From the NCBI GenBank assembly GCA_963726455.1, contig CAVSCK010000004.1:928001-992000 (forward strand): 64,000 nucleotides of DNA, written 5' to 3'. The DNA is from an uncultured bacterium. GTDB taxonomy: Bacteria; Zixibacteria; MSB-5A5; CAIYYT01. Numbering within the stretch: the first letter of the stretch is position 1; each line of letters begins with the position of its first letter. Positions 20,572 to 30,800 of this stretch are shown piece by piece. The notes under the pieces are model-generated. The model was not told where the DNA came from. It did no database searches and saw only the letters and a program-made list of their open reading frames with translations. Both the position numbers and the translations under genes were made by a program.

Positions 20572-21831
20572 CTACGAATTCTTCTTCTCGACGGCGCGGA
20601 TTTTGACGTACAACAGCAACGCCAGAAGCGCGATTATCAAGAGCGAAATCACGAGCCCCTCACGCCGGAAATAATATTCCTTCACAAGTCCCGTCGATTT
20701 GCTGCTCACCGCCTTCGCCTGGACGACTCCATCCGCAGCCAACGTCCGTACCGAATCCAGCGTGAACGCATGCACCAGCGAGCGCGACTTGACCCCTATC
20801 TGCTCGACTTCATGCAGCGCAAATTCCTCATCCGTCGTCATCATCTCGCGCTCTTTGGCCTGATTCAATTCCTGCCGCGCCGAATCGGTCGCCATTCGCA
20901 GGTTTCCCAAGAGCAACGACAGACTGTCGATCTCATACGACGCAGCATTCTTGTCGCTTTCGCTGTGGCAATTTCCGCAAATCTGGTCGGAGCCAAAGCC
21001 AATGAACGCATCCGATGGCTTCTTAATGCCGTGATTGCTATGACAGGTCTCGCACATTGGCAAACCCTGCTCGGCGAATGCCGCCTTATGCGGAGACGAC
21101 TCGTATAATCGCCCCTCAATGGCATGGCAAGTTCCGCACACCGCCGACAGGGAAGCTACTTCAGGTGGCGCCGCGCCATGGTTGCCATGGCAATCATTAC
21201 ACGCTGGCGCGCTTTGATCCTGTTTTTCGATCAGCGCTACGCCGTGAACTGACGTCCGATACAGCTCTTCCTGGTCGGTTGGAATGCCATACTCCTTCAT
21301 GTATTCTTTATCGCTGTGGCAGGTGCCGCAGGTTTTTGGCACGTTCATCGCGTACGTCGAAGCATAGGGCGACTTTGCATCGCCGATCGAGTGCGCCCGA
21401 TGGCATGACACGCACGTGGCAACCTTTCTGTCCTTGTCCGCGAACAGGCGTTTCCCATGAATTGAAGTCTTGTACTTCTCCAACTGGTCGACAGGCAGAC
21501 TCGGATTATGCTGATGCATGTACACTGGATCGGAATGACACCGCGCACAGAAGTTCGGGATATCGAGCCGGTCAGGAACACCGCGATAACCTTTGCTGGC
21601 TTTAACCGCATCCATATCCTCAAGCGTCGGATCGCCGCCGTGACAATCCGCGCACATCAGTCCGTTCTGCGAGTGAACGTCGCGTGCAAACTGATGCGCC
21701 GGCCCGTCGGCATCTTCTGTCTCCATATGACAACTCACGCATTGATTGGCCGGTGCTGCCTGTCCGGCCAAATACGCCGGTGTCAGAGTCAGGAACGCCA
21801 AAAGTGCGAAAGCAGTAGCCGCGTATCTCAT
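20572..21831 (-). CDS. Nine-heme cytochrome c with C-terminal membrane anchor
   Basis: 9 CxxCH motifs counted; signal peptide from ATG 21831 (ATGA overlap with cytochrome b stop). Confidence 0.92.
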   Translation of the reverse strand: MRYAATAFALLAFLTLTPAYLAGQAAPANQCVSCHMETEDADGPAHQFARDVHSQNGLMCADCHGGDPTLEDMDAVKASKGYRGVPDRLDIPNFCARCHSDPVYMHQHNPSLPVDQLEKYKTSIHGKRLFADKDRKVATCVSCHRAHSIGDAKSPYASTYAMNVPKTCGTCHSDKEYMKEYGIPTDQEELYRTSVHGVALIEKQDQSAPACNDCHGNHGAAPPEVASLSAVCGTCHAIEGRLYESSPHKAAFAEQGLPMCETCHSNHGIKKPSDAFIGFGSDQICGNCHSESDKNAASYEIDSLSLLLGNLRMATDSARQELNQAKEREMMTTDEEFALHEVEQIGVKSRSLVHAFTLDSVRTLAADGVVQAKAVSSKSTGLVKEYYFRREGLVISLLIIALLALLLYVKIRAVEKKNS

Positions 21832-22955
21832 TTGATTATGTACCCCAAAATCGTCATCACAATTATGAACAGAACTACCAGAACGCCAAACCCGGTCCAC
21901 CGTTTCGAACGCTGATTGCGCACGGACTTCTTATCCAGGAACGGAACCAGTGCCCAGAGAATTCCGCCGATCGCGAAAAAGAGCATTCCGAACTGCTCAC
22001 CCTCAATGAACAAGATCTTGGCCGGCAGAAGTTTTAGCGATTGAAACGCGAACATGAAATACCATTCCGGCCTGATCACATTCGGCGGCGGCGCCGTTGG
22101 GTCGGCCTTGTCTCCGAGCGGCCAGTGCACCATCCCGATACCGTCTGGGAATATCACCGCCAGCACCATCAGCACTTCCAGCGCAACCAGCCAAACCAGC
22201 AAATCGCGATACAGAAAATTCGGGAAGAACTTCTGATATTTCTTCTTATTGGCGTCCAGATGCTGCCATTCCAGCGGCTCACTCATTCCCTGCCGCTGCA
22301 CGAATATCAGATGCAGCGTCAAAACAATCGAAAACAGCGCCGGCAATATCGCTACATGCAATCCAAAAAATCGGCCGATTGTTGCGCCGGTGACATCCTC
22401 ACCGCCTCGCACAATGACCAACAAGTAATGTCCGATTACCGGCATCGATCCGATCATTCCCGTTCCAACGCGCGTGGCAAAGAACGAAAGCTGATTCCAT
22501 GGCAGCAGATATCCTGAGAACCCGAATGTCAACGCCAATCCAAGTAGCGCAATTCCCGTCAGCCAGGTCAACTCTCTCGGCTTGCGATACGCCTGCGTGA
22601 AGAAGGTCGTAAACATGTGCAGAAACGCGCTCAGGATCATCAGATTCGCCGACCATGAGTGCACCGATCTCATCAGCCAGCCGAACGTCACATCTGACAG
22701 AATAAACCTTACCGACTCGTACGCCGAATCGGATCCCGGTCGATAGTACATGAGTAGCAGAATTCCCGTGGCAATTTGCACGAGAAAGAAAAACAGCGTG
22801 ATGCCACCTAGATAGTACAGCGCCGAATGCCCGTGCTGCGGCACGACCTTGTGCGCCATGTACGTGCGCAGATCGTCGATCTTGAGGCGGCTATCCAGCC
22901 AATGATAAATCCGCGTTCCCCATTTGGTCTTGTCAACCGAAGCCGATGAGTTCAT
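21828..22955 (-). CDS. petB: Cytochrome b of a Rieske/cytb complex (unsplit)
   Basis: YYLGG, RSVHSWSAN, FLHM, GYLLPW, RFFGLHV, PEWY. Confidence 0.92.
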   Translation of the reverse strand: MNSSASVDKTKWGTRIYHWLDSRLKIDDLRTYMAHKVVPQHGHSALYYLGGITLFFFLVQIATGILLLMYYRPGSDSAYESVRFILSDVTFGWLMRSVHSWSANLMILSAFLHMFTTFFTQAYRKPRELTWLTGIALLGLALTFGFSGYLLPWNQLSFFATRVGTGMIGSMPVIGHYLLVIVRGGEDVTGATIGRFFGLHVAILPALFSIVLTLHLIFVQRQGMSEPLEWQHLDANKKKYQKFFPNFLYRDLLVWLVALEVLMVLAVIFPDGIGMVHWPLGDKADPTAPPPNVIRPEWYFMFAFQSLKLLPAKILFIEGEQFGMLFFAIGGILWALVPFLDKKSVRNQRSKRWTGFGVLVVLFIIVMTILGYIIK

Positions 22956-23407
22956 GCGGCGGAACCCTTCGAAACAAAGATCGTAGTGCCTTGTTCGGTT
23001 ACCACGAAATTTTCCAGTGGACGTGGCGGCGGTCCGGAGATGTTCTTTCCATTGAGATCGTATTTGCCGTTATGGCAGGCGCACCACAGCAATCCCATAT
23101 CCGTTCGATACTGCACGGTGCATTCCAGATGCGTACATGTGGCTGACAGTGCGTGGAGCTTGCCCTGAGGATCAATGAGCACGATTCCCAACAACCTGCC
23201 AAACCGGAAGGTCTTGAACTTCTGGGGCTCGGCCTGAATCTCTGCCCGCCCGAACGGAAGTTTTACCTGGGATACATTGGCCTCGCCCGATTTGGGCGGC
23301 ACGAGGAATTTGACTACGGGATAGATCGCGGAGGCCACGAATGCGACTCCCGCTACGCCGATAAGCTTATTGAGAAATCCCCGCCGGGAAACGTTGTCGT
23401 CGTTCAT
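22952..23407 (-). CDS. Rieske 2Fe-2S subunit
   Basis: Tat motif SRRGFL; CTHLEC and CACHNG boxes; GPPPRPL. Confidence 0.93.
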   Translation of the reverse strand: MNDDNVSRRGFLNKLIGVAGVAFVASAIYPVVKFLVPPKSGEANVSQVKLPFGRAEIQAEPQKFKTFRFGRLLGIVLIDPQGKLHALSATCTHLECTVQYRTDMGLLWCACHNGKYDLNGKNISGPPPRPLENFVVTEQGTTIFVSKGSAA

Positions 23408-23518
23408 CGTCAGCAAATAACTAGTGTCAAAATCACAGATGCAAATAAAAAATGCTTAACGGGAGCCAGGTTTCCCAGTTTCACCGGCAGGGTTTAGAAA
23501 TACTCCGCCAGCGATTGA

Positions 23519-23650
23519 TTATCGATTATCGTTATTTCCCAGCTTGTCTGACCCTGCCTTGGAAAACAGTCCTCGGCCAACCACAAAACAAACAATGATG
23601 CCGAATACGGCAATCGCGATTGGAAACAGACCTGATAAGATCGAATCCAT
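23519..23650 (-). CDS. Small single-TM membrane protein (43 aa)
   Basis: GGAGG RBS; MDSILSGLFPIAIAVFGIIVCFVVGRGLFSK... Confidence 0.6.
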   Translation of the reverse strand: MDSILSGLFPIAIAVFGIIVCFVVGRGLFSKAGSDKLGNNDNR

Positions 23651-24089
23651 GGCATCCTCCTGTGGAACGACTGTGCAATTATCTTTCGCTGTACTCGCGC
23701 AACTCACGCGAATCAGCGCCGACTTTCGACAATTTCAGGACCGATTCTGAGTACTCAGATCCCAGGTCTGTTGAATCACTTTCCGACTGTGAAAATGTTG
23801 GTTCTTCACAACTCGGTCGATCGACTGACTCAGGCGAGCACTTCTATTCGATAATCAAAACTTGTCTCACTTCAAACACACAGTTGTCGAGGTCAGGACA
23901 TCATGACCCAATCGAGCGCAGATCTCGCTCGCACTTCCATCTATCTTCTCTTGTCTGACCCACAGAAAGTTTATTAACCGACCCATATTACCAATCAATA
24001 CAAGATTTGTCAAGATTTTTCTTCGAACGTGCCTCACCCCCATCGTATTTCCCCGCTCACTTGCTTGTCTCTACCGTTTAAGTTAATTC

Positions 24090-24175
24090 TGCCGGAGGGG
24101 GGAATCGAACCCCCACGGGGTGTAAGCCCCGCCGGATTTTGAGTCCGGTGCGTCTACCAATTTCACCACTCCGGC
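24090..24175 (-). tRNA. tRNA-Leu(CAA)
   Basis: GCCGGAG...CCGGA-CTCAAAA-TCCGG, long variable arm, GGTTCGATTCC. Confidence 0.97.
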
Positions 24176-24186
24176 ATGCGGTCAGT

Positions 24187-24215
24187 TTTATAATCGTTTC
24201 TCGCCACGATGTCAA
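24187..24215 (-). promoter_or_regulatory. Sigma70-type promoter of tRNA-Leu
   Basis: TTGACA-17 nt-TATAAA on the minus strand just upstream of the tRNA. Confidence 0.75.
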
Positions 24216-24329
24216 GAATTTATAGCGTGGCAATGAGGTGCGAGATCACTCCGCTTCAAAAAACTGGTTGCCTCGCTGCCTCCAATTTCATTTAATGACT
24301 GCCGCTCTTATTTGCCGGAGATTACCCTT

Positions 24330-24830
24330 ATGCCGACCAAAAAACGAACCGATTACCTGAACTGGGACGACTACTTCATGGCTGTGGCTTTGCTTTCGGC
24401 CCAGCGCAGCAAAGACCCCAGCACCCAGGTTGGCGCGTGCATCGTCAGCGCCCAAAACAAAATCGTCGGCATCGGCTATAACGGTTTTCCTATCGGCTGC
24501 TCGGATGATGAACTCCCCTGGGACCGCGAGGGTGAACCGCTGCAAACCAAATACCCTTATGTCTGCCACGCCGAGATGAACGCCATCGTCAACAGCACCA
24601 TGGCTGACCTCTCCGGCTGCCGCATGTATGTCAGTCTGTTCCCCTGCAACGAATGCGCGAAGTTGATAATTCAGATCGGTATTAAGAAAGTCGTTTACCT
24701 CAGCGACAAGTACGCCGACAACCATCTCTTCGCTGCGGCCCGCAAGATGTTCAACATGGCCGGCATTGCCACCGAGAAACTCACTCCCAAATGCGACAGC
24801 ATTCTCCTCGACTTCAAGTCGTTTCTCTAG
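24330..24830 (+). CDS. dCMP deaminase
   Basis: WDDYFM, RSKDP.TQVGA, GYNG, HAEMNAI, PCNECAK. Confidence 0.95.
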   Translation: MPTKKRTDYLNWDDYFMAVALLSAQRSKDPSTQVGACIVSAQNKIVGIGYNGFPIGCSDDELPWDREGEPLQTKYPYVCHAEMNAIVNSTMADLSGCRMYVSLFPCNECAKLIIQIGIKKVVYLSDKYADNHLFAAARKMFNMAGIATEKLTPKCDSILLDFKSFL

Positions 24831-24833
24831 ATC

Positions 24834-25040
24834 TCTGTGCGACAAGTGTTCCTTCCCTCTCCCTTTGGGAGAGGGACAGAGGGTGAGGGCGCACATCTCA
24901 TCACTAGCGAAAATCGTTCTGGTTTTGCGGTGACTATATATCTGTGCGATAAGTGTTCCTTCCCTCTCCCTTTGGGAGAGGGACAGATGGTGAGGGCATG
25001 TGCGTCTACTGATTCTGATCTGATTTTGCGGTGATTATAT
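24834..25040 (+). repeat. About 107-bp tandem duplication, each unit containing a CCCTCTCCC-TTT-GGGAGAGGG element
   Basis: 24834-24890 and 24941-24997 near identical; tails TTTTGCGGTGA(C/T)TATAT also duplicated. Confidence 0.85.
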
Positions 25041-25042
25041 AA

Positions 25043-25124
25043 TGGAGGGGGGAGGATTCGAACCTCCGAAGGCATCGCCGACAGATTTACAGTCTGTTCC
25101 CTTTGACCGCTCGGGAACCCCTCC
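25043..25124 (-). tRNA. tRNA-Tyr(GTA)
   Basis: GGAGGGG...ACAGA-CTGTAAA-TCTGT...GGTTCGAATCC. Confidence 0.97.
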
Positions 25125-25323
25125 AAATCGACGGGCAGTGAATATAAGCGTTCTGCCACTCGGCGCAACAGTTTTTTCGCCTTCACAATCGATTCATGCA
25201 CTGCCATCGCGGATTGCGTGACCTGAAACATTAACTTGAAGATTGCGGTCTTAGATAAGACAACTGTTATTTCGCCATGCATCGAAAATGACAATATCAT
25301 TTCACAAATATCCCGGAGGAATC

Positions 25324-27438
25324 ATGAAACTCTCGCGAATGTTCACGCCTATTGCAGCACTCTTGCTTATGTTTGCCGCGACCGCGCCGGCGCAGACTGC
25401 CGACATTTCCGGCATCTGGGATGGCACAATTGAACTGCCCGGAATGCCGTTGACGATCAGTATCGAATTCACGAAGAACGCCGACGGCTCGTACGCAGGA
25501 CAGATCGACATCCCCCAACAGGGCGCTAAAGGACTTTCGCTGACTAATGTCAAAGTCGCCGGTTCCGATGTCACCTGCGATCTTGCTGGCGTTCCCGGTG
25601 AGCCCAAGTTCGCCGGCAAGTTATCCGACAGCCAGATCATCTCAGGTGATTTCACACAGGGCGGACAGAAGTTCCCGTTCACGGTCAAACGTCAGGACGC
25701 CGCCAAGGCCGCATCTGCCGCTCAGAAGGACAAGGCCGCTTTAGACAAAATCAGCGCCCTTACGGATTCCTTGCGCAAGGTCTGGAAAGTTCCGGGCATC
25801 GGTCTCGGAATCGTCAAAGACGACAAAGTGATTTTCGCCGAGGGGTTCGGTCAGCGTAGCGTCAAAGATAATCTTCCCGTAACAGCGCAGACGATCTTCG
25901 CGATCGGTTCTTGCACCAAGGCCTTTACCACGGCGGCGATGGGTCTCCTCGTCGATGATGGCAAACTCGAATGGGACAAGCCGGTCAAACAATACATGCC
26001 GACCTTCAAGATGTTCGACGATTTTGCCACCGAGCGCATGACCGCCACCGATCTGATCACCCATCGTTCCGGCCTGCCGCGTCACGATTTCATGTGGTAC
26101 AATTCGTCTTTCACGCGCAAGGATATCTTCGACCGCCTGCAGTATCTCGAACCGAACAAAGATTTCCGCACCGAATGGCAGTACCAGAACATCATGTTTA
26201 TGACCGCCGGCTACCTGTTGGAACAAATCAGCGCCACCACCTGGGAGAACTTCGTACGCACGCGCATCTTCGAACCGGTCGGGATGAAATCGAGCAACTT
26301 CTCAGTCGATGAGTCGCAGAAAGCGGCTGACTTTGCGTTCCCGTATCGCGAGAAAAAAGACACCGTCAAAGTCATTCCCTTCCGCAATATCACGACGGCC
26401 GGACCGGCCGGCTCCGTCAATTCCAATATTACCGACATGCTCGGATGGGTGCGGCTGCAACTAAATGATGGCAAGGTCGGCGACAAGCAAATCATCAAGC
26501 CGTCAACCATGGAAAACATTCACGCGCCTCACATGGCAATGCCGCAATCCCCCTTGAACAAAGAAATCCTGAACGCCGCTTACGCTCTCGGCTGGATGAC
26601 GGAGGCCTACCGCGGCCATCAATTAATCGAGCACGGCGGTAACATCGACGGTTTCTCGGCCGAGGTTGCCATGCTGCCTGATGACCACATCGGCATCGTC
26701 GTCCTCACGAATCTCGATGCTACACCATGTCCGGGAATTATCAGCCGTTCCGTCGCCGATGCCATGTTGGGTCTCGACCCCATCGACTGGAGTGGTCGCA
26801 TCAAAACACAGATGGATGCTGCCAAAGCAAATCTGGAGAAAGCGCCGAAGAACGACACCGGCCGCAAACCCAACACCAAACCGTCACATCCGCTCGCAGA
26901 TTACGTCGGCGAATTTGAAAATCCCGGTTACGGCATCGTCACCGTGAAACTCAACGGCAAGACTCTTGAAGCAACTTACAACCAGATCACGGCGCAGCTC
27001 GAACATTGGCACTACGATGTCTTTCGCGCCAACAACGAGGAATTCGCCGACCTGAAACTCTTCGTCAATTTCGAGGGCAACACGACAGGTGACATCGACC
27101 GTCTCACCATGCCGCTGGAAATGACCGTGAAGGAAATCGTCTTCACACGAACGGCATCGTCAGCCCTGCGCGACCCGAAATACCTGAAGCAATTCATCGG
27201 TGACTACATGATGGAGGAAGCCAAAGTGACCTGCACCTTCGCGATGAAGGGTGACTCAACGCTGACTCTCTATGTTCCCGGCCAGCCCGTTTATGATCTG
27301 ATTCCTTACAAGCAAGCTCAGTTCACTATCAAAGACCTGACCGGCTTCAGCGTCTCATTCAACTTCGACAAATCCGGCGCCGTCACCGAAACCGTCTTCC
27401 ACCAACCGAACGGAGTCTTCACCGCCAAGAAGAAGTAG
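25324..27438 (+). CDS. Secreted serine hydrolase, beta-lactamase/CubicO family with DUF3471-like C-terminal domains
   Basis: SxxK (GSCTK), YxN (YQN), HGG; LITHRSGLPRHD; RBS GGAGG. Confidence 0.92.
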   Translation: MKLSRMFTPIAALLLMFAATAPAQTADISGIWDGTIELPGMPLTISIEFTKNADGSYAGQIDIPQQGAKGLSLTNVKVAGSDVTCDLAGVPGEPKFAGKLSDSQIISGDFTQGGQKFPFTVKRQDAAKAASAAQKDKAALDKISALTDSLRKVWKVPGIGLGIVKDDKVIFAEGFGQRSVKDNLPVTAQTIFAIGSCTKAFTTAAMGLLVDDGKLEWDKPVKQYMPTFKMFDDFATERMTATDLITHRSGLPRHDFMWYNSSFTRKDIFDRLQYLEPNKDFRTEWQYQNIMFMTAGYLLEQISATTWENFVRTRIFEPVGMKSSNFSVDESQKAADFAFPYREKKDTVKVIPFRNITTAGPAGSVNSNITDMLGWVRLQLNDGKVGDKQIIKPSTMENIHAPHMAMPQSPLNKEILNAAYALGWMTEAYRGHQLIEHGGNIDGFSAEVAMLPDDHIGIVVLTNLDATPCPGIISRSVADAMLGLDPIDWSGRIKTQMDAAKANLEKAPKNDTGRKPNTKPSHPLADYVGEFENPGYGIVTVKLNGKTLEATYNQITAQLEHWHYDVFRANNEEFADLKLFVNFEGNTTGDIDRLTMPLEMTVKEIVFTRTASSALRDPKYLKQFIGDYMMEEAKVTCTFAMKGDSTLTLYVPGQPVYDLIPYKQAQFTIKDLTGFSVSFNFDKSGAVTETVFHQPNGVFTAKKK

Positions 27439-27867
27439 TCTGGCATAAGCAATCTTGGCCCCGTGGGTCAATCCCACGGGGTCTGGGTTTCGCGCGCGGG
27501 CACGAACCCTTTCCTGCCCGCTCTTGCACCATCTTGACAACTCTCTCCCCGAATACACTGCTGTCGCTGTCGCAAAACCTTAGGGGAGTACACCGCATAC
27601 CAACGAAAACGCTACAGTCGAAGCGCTTTGACCTGCGGGACTGAGAAGGTTTGTTCACAGTTTTATTCCCAAATCTTCATCAAGTGATTGACAAACGTGA
27701 TCATTATCCCATATTGAAACTAGACGACTCACGGATTCCGTGACAAAGTGGGGGCTAGGTGGCGCTTGGTTGGGGAATCGTTGCATCCCGCAATTGTCGA
27801 TTGACGGTAACCGTCGGGATCGGCGCCCTCAGTGAACAGGGAATACTCAAGGGCATAGGAGATTAAC

Positions 27868-30800
27868 ATGAATCGGTCGATAACGTTCTTGATCTTATTC
27901 ATTTTCGTCTTTCGAATTGGCTATGCAATTGCCACACCACCTGATTTTGCTGTGCCACAGTCACAGGACATGCCCGACAAGGGTGGATTGGTAGATCGCT
28001 TAGTTTACGCCGCGGCACAGACCTACGGGCAGCACGCCTTGGGCAAGATCGACTCTTGGGTTCAGAAGAGAACTGTGATGATCGGAGATTCGTTGGAGAT
28101 CAGAGTTCTTTTGAAGGCCACAGCCGATCAATATGCTGCCAACCTGCTTGAAGAATCTGGTGGCAGAATCGAAGGAATGTACGCCAATTCTGTCTACATG
28201 CTTGTCCCTGTAAACAAGATTGGATGGTTCGAGGGCAGAGATGAAATCGCTGCCGTGTACCTGCCGAGTTACGCGATCCCCCAGGAATTTATTTCTGAGG
28301 GTTTAGATACGATGGGAGTATCGGCTTTTCACCGGAGGGGTTACACTGGCCGCGGAGTGAAGGTCGCTGTACTTGACGGAGGTTTCCAAGACTACATGTT
28401 CTTTCTTGGAACTGAATTACCGAGCAACACGCAACTCCGATATTACGGAAACAATCCGTTCACGAGCACGCACGGAACTGAATGTGCACAGATCATACAT
28501 GACGTCGCTCCAGATGCTGAACTCTGGTTGATTCAAGTGAGCACTGGGTTAGACTTCCTTACCGCGTGCGACTGGATCAAGAACAATGGCTTCGATGTCG
28601 TCTCTGTAAGTCTCGCTTACCTTAATGTCGGTTGGCTCGATGGCTCCAGCGACCTTTCTAAAAAAGTTGATGAACTACGCAATCAAGGAATTCTATGGGT
28701 CAACTCGGCTGCAAATTACGGTAAAGATCACTGGTCGGGTTATTTTGCAGACACGGATGGCGATGGGGCTCACAACTTCACTTCGACGGACGAAGGTAAC
28801 TCCATTCTTCTTGTCGAGGGACAGTCTGTGTCAATACTCTTGTCTTGGAATGACTGGCCTTACGCCACCGATGACTACGATTTGAGGCTCTACGACTTGG
28901 CAACTTCCGCGCTGGTCGCTTCTTCTTTGAGACCGCAGACAGGAACTCAAGAGCCAACGGAAGAGTTTACCTACACAGCGACCGCGACGGGGATTTATGA
29001 GATTGTGATTTCTAAGTACTCCGCTACCGGAAATGCCAAGTTGCAGCTCTTGGTTCCAGGTATCGGTTCATTGCAATATAGCAACGCATCGTACTCGGTT
29101 CAGATTCCCGGTGATGCGCGGGGCGCGCTAACTGTGGGTGCTGTTCCGTGGCAGAACCCGAGCAAGATTGAGGGTTTTAGCTCCTGCGGCCCGACAGAAG
29201 ACTCTCGCATCAAGCCTGAGATGGTCGCACCTGACAGTGTGACTGTAGCTGATTATTGGACAACATCTACCGTGGCAGTCGGAACCTCATTCTCCTGCCC
29301 TCACGTCGCTGGAGCAGCGGCAGTCTATCTGTCTGCCAAACCGACAGTCTATCCCCCAGCGGTAATAGACAGCTTCAAGACGTTGTGCATTGACTTAGGC
29401 GTTACCGGGACGGACAATACTTACGGGTGGGGACTTCTTCACATGCGCATTCTTAATCGAACTCCTTCGGCATTTTCTCTGCAGTACCCCGCAAATGGAG
29501 CGACATTGAGTGCCGATACTACCAGCCTTATCTGGAATCCTGCATCAGACCCAGACGTGGGTGATGTTATACGATATAATCTGTATTACTCGAAGTCTGA
29601 ATTCTCCCCGTTGGCCAACGCAATGCGGCCGACCGGATTGGGCGGACGCTACGCTCCGTTCGAGTCGTCGTCTCGTGACCAGCCAAAGGGCTTGCCCAAT
29701 ATATCGATCACAAATTCTCGGGACATAGTGGGCGATACCGTATTCTTCAATTTTGACACTTCGTTAGAAGGGTGGACTTTCGATATTCCAGCAGATAGCG
29801 TTTATGTCTCCTACATTTGCCCTGGCACTCCATGTGACCTTTGTCTGAGAACCCAGGCAACCGGGACGCCATTTGTGCTTTCATGGAGCAACTCCAGTCT
29901 TGGCAAGACTGTGAAGTGTGTTTGCCATCACCACGGATTCCGTTACTCAGACTGCGACGTTGAATTCTGGAAGAAAGTGATTTGGAAAATGCTGCCACCT
30001 GAGTGGGACGGGATTAAGAGGGTCGAAGCACGAGTCTACAACGAATCAACATCGCAGGTCTGGGCGCGCTTCGCTTATTGGAATGCCCAAGACTTTGTGT
30101 GGAAGTATGTCGGCGATGGTGCGGGTTGGGTCAGTCTTGCAGCCAGTGCATGGACTATTGTTGCTTTAGATGAGCCAGCTCAAGGGGAGTTTAGCGATCT
30201 AATGGGAATCCTGATCAACATTGGCGCGTATCAAAACGACGGTAACGTTTATATCGACTGGGTCCGGGGATATCACAGTGGCACCTCTGCTTCATGGGAT
30301 GACAGTGTCATGAACATTTCTGATCCGGAATACGAACTCACTTCACTTCAGAGAGGGGCATCCTATCGCTGGTCGGTAGTCGCAGAAGACTTGGAGGGAG
30401 CGACCTCACAATGCACGATTCCGTTTTCTTTCCACGTAACGGTTGCTAATAGACCTCCAACTTTGACGAATCCGGGGGACAAGACAGTCTCGGAGAATAG
30501 CATGTTGGCTTTCGCTTTATCCGCCACCGATCTCGATGGAGACGCACTTACCTATTCTGCAAATCCTCTACCAGCCGGGGCAGTCTTCAGTAACGCCAGC
30601 GGCAATTTCGTCTGGACACCGACGTACGATCAATCGGGAGTTTACGGCGTGACGTTTTCTGTCTCCGATGGTCAGGCAAGCGACCAACAATCGATTCAGA
30701 TCGTAGTGAATAATACCAATCGCCCTCCGTCCGTATTTGCCCTACTCAGTCCCGCCGATGACGACACGGTCAAATCCGTAGGCGCGCTACTGCGTTGGAG

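Noticed and set aside
24090-25124. tRNA-anchored genomic island or prophage
   Set aside because: No integrase, att-like tRNA duplication or phage genes seen
24827-25300. 157-aa ORF on the minus strand
   Set aside because: Overlaps tRNA-Tyr and the repeats; not protein-like
27570-27660. TPP or yybP-ykoY riboswitch call
   Set aside because: Only partial motif similarity; conserved second halves are absent and the downstream gene is unrelated
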